The notes under the pieces: model-generated | Databases searched by the model: none | The model's input: only the letters and a program-made list of their open reading frames with translations | What the model was told of the DNA's origin: nothing | Translations under genes and position numbers: made by a program | Assembly (NCBI GenBank): GCA_021432655.1 | Contig: MU271476.1 | Coordinates: 1-57,261, forward strand | Source: Atractiella rhizophila | Lineage: Eukaryota | Length of the DNA stretch: 57,261 nt | Direction: 5' to 3' | Shown here: positions 48,293 through 57,261 of the stretch, in pieces | How positions within the stretch are numbered: the stretch's first letter is position 1 | Layout of the letters: every line of letters begins with the position of its first letter

Positions 48293-49691
48293 TCATTCAC
48301 AAAGTCTGTTTCTGCCTAACATACTCTGCATCTTGCTCTTGCAGCTCACCCACACAGCTACTTTTTCGTTGCTGCGTCCTTTGTATGATGGAGAAGGAAA
48401 AGAATACATATTGAAAGCGACGAAACGGAATTTTGTTTGCTCTACTTGTAATAACCTGATGGCGACGTGCACCTTAATTACACAATCCTTTAGACTGAGC
48501 GAGTGTGTGATGTAAATGGGAGCATATTCTTCAGAAAGCTGACTGATGGAAATACGAGTCAGGCTGAGGGCTGAGAGGGAAGGCCAACAATCTGAGTGAG
48601 GGGCGATCATAACGAACTCGGGAGAGTGAGGATGTCTCCCATCCAACTTGAGGGATTGAAGAGCACGGAGAGCAGGAAGCGTTAGGCCACGTAGAGACAA
48701 AATTGAAAGGTCGTTCAAGGATGATTTTAGCACCTCAAGCACTCGATACAGCTTCCTGACATTCCAGATCGCCTCATGGGTGGAAAGCGAGGTGATGTTT
48801 CGCGAAGAACGAAATTCGGCACCGTCCTAATCGTACCCTGAGATTTGCTCCTTTTGGAAACAGCAGTATACTGGCCTATAGACAATCTTTGTACGGAGCA
48901 AGGGGTTTGAAGGGTTGCAGAAGCATCGTCGGAACAATGGATCGATCCGTCAATTTCTAGGGACTCCAACAAATAGAAATCAGCCAATTGTGGGACGATG
49001 TTACGTAATATTCGTGGACAGAGCAGACCTCCCCATCGGCGTAGAAGTAGACGACGAAGACCGCGAATGGGCGGAACTACGAGTTCGAGCAACTCTCCAT
49101 GAAACTCCAACTCTTCCAAATTGACCAAGGAAGATATCCACACCCATATGTTATCCGCAATCGGTTTCAAGGAGAACTGAAAGGTCAAGATAGGCAGGAA
49201 AGGAGACAAAGACATTTCAGGATTGTAATCAATGTGAAATTCGACAATACGAATGAAAGGATGGAGGTGAGCGTTGCTTCGGCGCATGAGCTTTTCAAGC
49301 TGTTGGTAAGAGTGTACCGTGACAATACGACATCTCAGTCACACAACCTCTTCTCTAAACGTGCGGGAAAGCGTCCTCAACCGCCAGAAGTCACACACTG
49401 CATCATACTGTCCTTTCCAACAAGCCAACGCATCCAGCCAAATCCGCTTGAGGATGAGGTGGAGCAAATCAGATGGGAGCGACGGCCTCCCCGGATCGTC
49501 TACTCCAGATGTCACAGCCTGAGTCTTCCGTTTCCTAAGTGCTGGGGCCACTTGTCAGTCTTGATCGAGATTGTTAGAACAAGAAACGATGGCTCACACA
49601 TCACATTGACCAGACTAGCTCGTTTTGGAGCGCCGACACGGTGTCCACGCTCGAAAGTAGATTTACCGTGACATTGAAGACTGAAAATCAT
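48293..49691 (-). pseudogene. F-box-like/LRR-like gene with nonsense codon and frameshift
   Basis: PSLPSDLLHLILK. TGA at 49339-49341 where the paralog has CGA (EEVV*LRCR vs EEVVRLRCR). Frame change near 48740-48800. Confidence 0.72.
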
Positions 49692-50223
49692 TGCGCACGA
49701 TAGGAGTACAGGTAGAGTTGATGTTCACAAATAAAGCGAAATTAGGCTTGGAAAGGCGCGGACCATGTTGGACTTTGTATAATGTATAATTTGGACGTCC
49801 CTCAGCGAGTCATTGCCTGGTTTGAACGAGATGTGGTAATTACATGGACGTTGACCTTAAAAACTAAGAGGAGTTGAAGCAGTGGAAGTAGGCCAGTGCC
49901 AGACTCAGATGTTCTCCTGAATCGCTACTCTCACATTTCGGAGACGAAGTAACCTTCCTGATTTCAACTGTTGGGCGTAACGTAACTCAATGGTCTCAGG
50001 AATAATGCAGCCTCTCCATCAGATGACGGTGAAGCTGGAAGGATCAATGTCAACCAAACATTAACGTTGCAACATTCCCGAAGGCAAGCTATCATCTAAC
50101 AGACTACTGTGAAAGTTCCACGACAGGTCACGAAAAGGCGAAAAGTCCAAAAGGGTAGGGGTTCAAGGCATACGTTAATCCATTCCATCATCATTAAAAC
50201 ACGGGAGGGTACGATAACGAACA

Positions 50224-51908
50224 TTACGAATCAAAAGCCTGGGTCATAAGAGGCCTCGAGCTACCACCACCCAACCTCTGTCCGGACTTCCTCTGTTTGC
50301 TGACCGCATAAAAGAGGAAGATGGTCGAAGAAAGGAAGAAAGCGCTACTGGCGGCGAGGACGTAAGTCGCGATCCGGTAGCTCTTCAATTCCGACGAGTC
50401 CCCTCCGCTCCCATTGTCGGATGCGAAACCAGAGAGCGCGCCGGAGCGTTGGACGCCGTTGACGGAGGAACCGACGGTGCCGGTCAGGTTGACGCGACCT
50501 GCCATCCAGGCGGAGGGGTCGACGTGGTTCACGTTGTTCGCCATCGGGTCAGAAACGGAGCCTTGGACCTTGTTCCCGCTTCCGCTGGCGTTTTGCTTGG
50601 TGTAGTCGACTCCGGAGAGGTTTCCGATGGTCGAAGCTCCTGAGATGGACCCTGGACCGCTGTGTTGCAGAATCGAATCGTCAGTTAGTTGTGATGATGG
50701 AAGGCAGGAGAATACTAACCTGGCGGCGGTGGCTACTTCAAGGATACCATAGTTGCTATACGGTCCTTGGTTGGTACGAGTAGTCTGGGTGAGGTCGAGG
50801 TCTGGCAGAGGCTCGAAGGTGGAGAGGTTGCCGGCAAGGACTCGCTTGGCGTAAGCGGTGAAGGAGGCTTGCATGAGTTGGAGCTTGGTCGTCTGTCCGA
50901 CATCGAAGGCGGAACGGTCGATGCCGCAGCGGTCGAGACATTGTTGGGCGCCCAAGTTGAGCGGTTGCGGGAACTGGGAGACTAGAGACCATCTGACGTT
51001 ATTGCCTGTCACATTTTTGAGAGAAGCGGAAAACGTACAGTCTACGGGTTGGACACCGTATGTTCCCTCAGAGGCGGCAATGGCCTCGTCGTCGAAGCCC
51101 CAGAAGGCGAAGGGGACCAAGTTGAATCCAGGGTCCTCCACACTGATCATTTTTGTCAACTCAACAATGCCATACAATGGGGTTAGTAAAGACATACTCG
51201 AAAGCGGCCAACACAAGGGTAGGGTCGCAACCCAGGACGAGACCATAGTGCATAGATCCCTTAGGCAGCTGCAATTCTCTTCAATATCTTTGGATTACGC
51301 TAAGATGGAAGAGTAAAAAACGCACCATAAGAGCTTGTCCGACTTGGAGGAACTCGTAGTCGAGAGGTCCTCCAGCCTCAAATTGAGTGGCCCACCGCAT
51401 GGGACCTCCGGAAATGAGGTAACCAATCTCGTTCGCTCGTGGTTGATAATGCGGTTGAATCATAGCACATGGCTGTCACATCATAGCTTTAGAGGAAGGA
51501 GAGTGCAACGTGGAGGACAACTCACTGCGAGGACGAGGACGACGGAGGCCATACCGCTGCCAATGCCTCCAGGATAGTCACTGTCATCGGCCAAAGTGAA
51601 AGTTCCACCTTTACACCGCTCTTCAGCTCTCCCACCTCCAAACCAAAGGAAGAAGACGCGCCCTTTCCGTTGAACAGGTTGACGGGCGAGTTAATGAAGT
51701 CGAAAGTGAACCCATTTCCGCTCTCCACGATCTTCTGGTACCTCACCGCCTGAATGGGGGTCGTTACGAGGTCCTGGATGAGGGGAGCGAGCTCGGAGTT
51801 GATACCGAAGGGAACGATTCCATCTGGGGGAGGGGCCGTCTGGATGTCTACGGCGAGGACGGAGGAGATGGACGTGGCGATAAGGGAGGTGACTGTTCGC
51901 TTGAGCAT
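50224..51908 (-). CDS. Spherulin-1/germin-like cupin with signal peptide and C-terminal transmembrane helix
   Basis: Signal MLKRTVTSLIATSISSVLA; motifs FTFDF, PCAMIQPHYQPRANE, KGSMHY, EDPG and CLDRCGI; TM segment IATYVLAASSAFFLSSTIFLFYAV followed by KQRK. Confidence 0.85.
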
Positions 51909-53369
51909 GGCGAATTTTGTTGTCTTGGCTAGCGAAAAGGGAGAGGAGAGGCGAAAAGGAGGAGGAGGATGGGATCGAAGGGAGGAAAAGAATGGGGGAT
52001 ACCTTTTTAAACGACCGATGGTTTGGCGGTGTAGAAATTAACTCCGGGCGGTGTGATGTCCAAGCGGTACAGTGCTCCAACCACACACACAGCGACCAAT
52101 CCCGTGTTATTCTGACGCATACCTTCATCCATACATCTTTCTCCTTTTCTTTCTCTGGGTAGTTCTTATGCCACTTGTTATCGTTGCACTTGCAATGCAG
52201 GCGTTGGCTCAGCCTGACGCCGATGCTGTTAACTTGTTTTCCACGTTATGTAAACGCAAATCGCAGGAATCAATCGCCTGTGGGTGCAAGTTCAATTCCG
52301 TCCTCGGTCGGATACAGCAACTCAAGACATTGCAACCAGCGACGCTCGGTTCGTCTCGATCCCCGACCTGAACGAAGTTTAGGAGGTCTTCGTCGAGCTC
52401 AAACACGATCATCCGGTGACATTCCTACTGCACGCAGCACTTACCGACTTACATCCGAGCCCCTCACGGGGCTACTAGCTTTTGAACGTGCAAACTTTGG
52501 AGTGAATAACAAATAGCGTTGTACCATGGTTGTGATTACGGAGTGGACGAACCGAGAGCTACACCAAGAGAAATACAAGAGGCTGAGAACTGAGAGTGAT
52601 GAAACTTCACCAGAGCATTCAAATAATCCGGAGAGTATGATGAAATAGAAGCACTGTTAACATATCAGACAGAACCATCTCACGCTGCAAACAAAAAGCT
52701 GATGAAGAGGAACTGCTGTAAGAAAGTGAGCTAAAATGGAACCGAAAGCAGCTTGAAGAGACAGAAACAGAACCACACCGTGTTAAGGAGTGGAAACTGT
52801 TATATGAACTGCAGGCAAGAGAAACCAAAAGGCATTATTGGTCGTAATCTAGCCAAGAAGAAAACCAAAGGGAGAGGAGGGCTGGACAGCGAAAAATTGC
52901 TGTCAGTATCCCAACAACGACGTTCGACGTTCATGAGCAGCTGCCTATCTATTAGCGATAATGATGCTGTCAGAATCCCACAACGACATTGGACGTTTGC
53001 AAGCAGCAGGAAAAAAGAGGGATTCGATTGAGACCTCTTTTTGAGTCTGCATAAGGGACCAACCTCTTTGTTACCAATGCATCAGCGCCATCAACAATGG
53101 GGACTTACGCCATAGGTAAAGCTGGGCAGATCATACTCAACTCGCCATCCAGTTCGACTGCAAGCCTTCCTATGAGCTGACCGTCAGCCTGACGCAGGAT
53201 TGCCCGGTAGAAGATAAACTCGCAAAAGTCTGGTTGGCAAAGGTTAGTGCTTGTTGTACCATGTCGAAGACGAGGTTCATTGTTTGAGAAGTCGTCCTGT
53301 GACTGACCTCCCATAGAACATAAAGTACGGGAAAATGAAAATAGTAGCTCTTATCTTTACTCGCAGATT

Positions 53370-53503
53370 CTAATGTTCCCCAATTACGTATAAGCAAATG
53401 CGAATACAGTAAAGATATTTGATTGTGTTATGAAGTAATAGACATACCTAATGTTCCCCAATCACGTATAAGCAAATGTGAATACAGTAAAGATATTTGA
53501 TTG
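53370..53503. repeat. 56-bp direct repeat, 2 copies, period 78 bp
   Basis: ctaatgttccccaat(t/c)acgtataagcaaatg(c/t)gaatacagtaaagatatttgattg at 53370 and 53448. Confidence 0.95.
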
Positions 53504-54409
53504 GGGATAACAGAAAGCAAAACCCATAGCCATGCTTTATAATTCCGGACTAGCGGTGAAGTGCACATGTTTGGCACGGCATCCGGAACACAAGGCAAAC
53601 GATCGAGATTTGTGTCCACACACCCATCTCCTCTCTCTCCTTTCCATTGTATCATTGATCTCCAACACGGGAGGATAGATCAATGTTGGGGAAGGCAACA
53701 CAGGTATCCCAGGAACACTCCAGAAGCATCAGGGACCTTTGATGTTTGGAATGGGCAGTCGTAAGGAGATCAGGTCGATCTATTTTTCTGCTCAGACAGA
53801 GGGCAGAATAAGCCAAGAGGCCTATTCTATTGTTCAGCTATAACAGTAGGGTGTTCGAAATTCTCACCATCATAGAGAGGCACACAAAAGAGGGATTTTA
53901 TGAACAAATGGAGCAAAAAGTACGGTTGTTTGGGTTTGATCGCTTTGGATATAGGCGCAAGAACTAGGGATGGCTGTCGTCTCGTCCATACCCGGCTTTT
54001 GGATTTGGCCAGACGAGGTTTCCATAGTCCTCACCCCATCCTAGAGGTCGTCCTTGACAATCGAGGTTGGGCGGTTTGAAGGACGGGACAAAGCAGGACG
54101 GCGAGGACGGTTGGAGGATGAGGTAAATGTGATATTAATGTGATTGGCGTCATATAGGCGCTTTGCACATTGTGCTGCACGGCCGCGCTGCCATCTATGA
54201 CGCGAAAGAGAAATCAAAGAGCACCACCATTGGACCATTGGCCTTCTTGTCCACTCCTCGCACCGTCGAATCTGACATGACAAATAACTAATCCTCAGCA
54301 GGGAAATGTAGGATTACACAAAAGTACCAAGCGTACATCCAGCATTTTGTAGACCCTCTCAAGACTTTCCAACTTGAAAGCTTTCCTAACATCACAGGAT
54401 GGATCCTTG

Positions 54410-55479
54410 TCACCATGTATGAGAGCGATCTTTATTTAATATTCTTATTCCCTCTCTGGATTAGTGCCTCCGCTGCCATTACGCTCGTCTCCGAAGTAAT
54501 CTCAACCTCAAGGGCCTCCAAACCGTCAGGAAGTCTCACGAACAGACACTGAGTGTAGCTCTTCCATCCGCATTTGAGCCTTCTGACCGTTGGAACATCG
54601 ACGATGAGATTGTCTATGGCTGCTACGAAGCCAGAGTAGGGATTTGGCTCAAAGGTAAACTCCTTGAGCCTATGCAGTTGGCGTAGAGCAAGTCGAAAAT
54701 CGTGTGTCAGCGGGTCATCAATCCGTAAAGTTGGGAATGCCAGGCGAGCAAGGTGGAGGCGTAACAGAGCGCCTTTACAGGTATTGAGAATGGTGGTAAG
54801 ACTGGCATCATGGAGTAGTCAATCCGAGTAAGGTGCTGGAGAGGAGCTATTGGCGCATGAACGAGAGAAGCAGGAAGCTTAATCCTCGTGACTGAAAGCT
54901 TTTGGAGATTGGGGAGGCCAAGACAGTAGACCAAAAGATTTAGTTCCAGTGATAAATTCCTTTCGATGCTGGGACCCAGTTTCGTCCAGGGAGATTTCGA
55001 GCAGATTTTGTGAGAAAGGCTGCATGAGTTTGACACATATGTCATGTGCGAGTCCTCGCATAAAATGCATGGTTCGGACATTAGGGCAGATGGCTAACAC
55101 CTTCTCCCAGCTTTCCAGATGAGCTAGGCCCAACTGATCTAAATGTCTGGGATTTAATAAAATGGAAGATGCCCAATGTGAAAGGTAAATCCTGCGTTCT
55201 AAGGTAGTATCGAGCTTTGTTTTCTTTATGGAGGTGCTGAGGGGAAGGGAGGAATACAGGAAAGATTTGGCGCATCGATTCAACGCTCTGCAAGCAAGCG
55301 AGGCAGGTACGAGCTCGTTCGCGGTGAGGAAGGATAATGCATGTTGAACCAATTCGATGGGAAGAAATTTTGCTTTTGGAAATTGGTCCTAAATCAAACC
55401 CCACAGACAGAAGAAGGCTCAGGCTGGCTGCATTACATAAGATGGTGGAACGCACCTGCGAGATCGGACGATTGGACAT
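54410..55479 (-). pseudogene. F-box-like/LRR-like gene with frameshifts
   Basis: ALSFLTANELVPASLACRALNRCAKSFLYSSL, ICPNVRTM, LPNLQKLSV, LQHLTRID and LPDGLEALEV are spread over different frames. Confidence 0.65.
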
Positions 55480-57166
55480 TCAAATTTGAAGCGAGTCCAT
55501 GTTGCCCAGAGGCCTGAGTGTCAAGGTGATCCTTTGGAGATCGTGGTTAAATAGGTAAACAGTCGTTTTGGAAAGTGTGCTTCCTTCTCGAGCTCTTTGT
55601 TGCCTTTGCTCTCGATGGAAGAGTCCATCCTTTTAAGATATCACTGATTCAACTCCGTCTTGCCAAGGAGACAAAGGAGTAGCAGTCTCGTTCTTGTAAG
55701 CAAAAGTATTGATATGGATCGTGGACGGATTGAAAACTGATGAAAGTTAACCGTCAACATAATCTTGATGACCTTCGGCACGGGTATTGGAGGCATGGCT
55801 GGTGTTTGCGGTGGACATGGAACGGCGCTGCGTGCTGGGCTTGTCACATGGTTTGGCGGCGTGCAAGCTGTCTTAAGATTGCTTTCCAATCCTTTGTACA
55901 TGGGATTGGGTCAAGGGTTCTGTACCTATCTCCTCCATCATGCTGTCTGTAAACAAATTTAACCTCAATCTCAGTGAGAGTACTGTGGTATTTTTACTTT
56001 GGCTGGCCACCAACTTACATGAATAAGCCATCTAGCAGCACCTGAATTCATACTTACTAGGCCAAATGGAGACATAGTTGTGCTTATTGCCTGGTGGAGA
56101 GCCAGTGTTGTTCCATATTACGCCTCGTTTGCTTCAGTCATGATAATGGACCGTAAATTTGAAAGAACCTATTCCAAAGTCCTTATTGCGCCACTTCATC
56201 CGCATATGCCACAATGTTCCACTGGCCTTACCATGTCGAATTAGGCCAAAGAACGTAAACAGGATCGAGTCATATGATTAGGAATATTGAGCGATGTGGC
56301 AAACAACGGAAAGAGGGCAAAGACCGTAAGAAAGAACGACATTTGTACTGCTTAGGCTGTTTGCAGTTCTGTCAACATCAAAATATCGACTTTTGAGGAG
56401 GAACATCAAAGCACGACCTTTGGTTAAGGACCCGAAAACCTTCCCGGTTTCGATGTGACCATCGCACTTGTTCGTTCACTGTCACACTGAAGCTTCAATG
56501 GAGGTTGGCAAATGGTGTTGAAAAACATTTTGAAAAACGGAGTTCCTGCTGGCACTATCGGTAAACTCTCGACCCCTTCGGCCTACAAACAGCCCACTTG
56601 CACGAACCGACTTTGTTTTGCGCGGAATCTGCGTGGCCAGAAACAGTCTAAGACAAGATGGTTCCAATCTTTTCTTAGCCAATGTTGTCAAGTAGTAAGT
56701 AGAACATTTCTTTGCCATAGGTTTCTGCCATCATGATCATCATAGTGGCAGGCTTGCCCCTACGCATTACCGAATGACCTACTTTACCACGCCATAGGAT
56801 CACGTGCTTACCCATCGCCGCTTTGCTCACGTTCGCGCTGTCTGCCGCTTCCCCCTATCTCACATGAATCGCCGCTCGACAAACCTTATGCATTTCGCCG
56901 GTCTGCATCGTCTCCATTATTGCCTTATTATCTTTTCTCACTTGTACTGCTCAGTATGTCTTGTTTCCGAGTATTCCCTTTATTGCTTTCCTAATCTAGC
57001 TATCTTACATGTTTCAAGAAAGGTATGTTAGAGTTTATGGCAGTGCATTTACATATGTATATATACATCGAGATGTAGTGGTGGTGACCTCAGAGTGTTC
57101 TCTTAGGTTTACCTCCACTACGGACGCATTGCCTGTCGGTGACTGCACATAGTGTTTGCCCTAACA

Positions 57167-57261
57167 GTTCCACCATCTTATGTAATGCAGCCAGCCTGAG
57201 CCTTCTTCTGTCTGTGGGGTTTGATTTAGGACCAATTTCCAAAAGCAAAATTTCTTCCCAT
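57167..57261 (+). repeat. Inverted copy of 55357-55451, running off the window end
   Basis: The last 95 nt are the exact reverse complement of 55357-55451. Confidence 0.97.

Noticed and set aside
55765..55962. MFS-transporter-like fragment (AGLVTWFGG...RLL...MGLGQG)
   Set aside because: Too short, with no supporting neighbouring exons.

Overview
Eukaryotic genomic DNA, most likely a basidiomycete fungus (inferred from ~50-60 nt GT-AG introns with CTRAC-type branch sites, a fungal LSU rDNA sequence and the gene families present). One assembly gap lies at 11209-11593. Recognisable genes: an HSPA12-like Hsp70/actin-fold ATPase, two tandem copies of an AsaB/CmcJ-family hydroxylase, a Cbf1-like bHLH-ZIP factor, a short-chain dehydrogenase, a large Pro/Ser-rich protein, a secreted GPI-type PEBP protein, an MBD4-like HhH-GPD glycosylase and a membrane-anchored spherulin/germin-like cupin. 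Between them lies rearranged accessory DNA: two diverged NYN/PIN-like + tandem-CCCH genes (plus a third 5' stub), six mostly broken F-box-like loci, a putative KDZ transposase remnant, a 148-bp Tc1/mariner-type MITE, an orphan LSU rDNA fragment carrying an insertion, and an inverted duplication at the window end. The best candidate for an undescribed system is the duplicated head-to-head cassette of a degenerate NYN-CCCH gene and an F-box gene (21-31.6 kb). All family calls come from motif recognition by eye, and exon boundaries are approximate.
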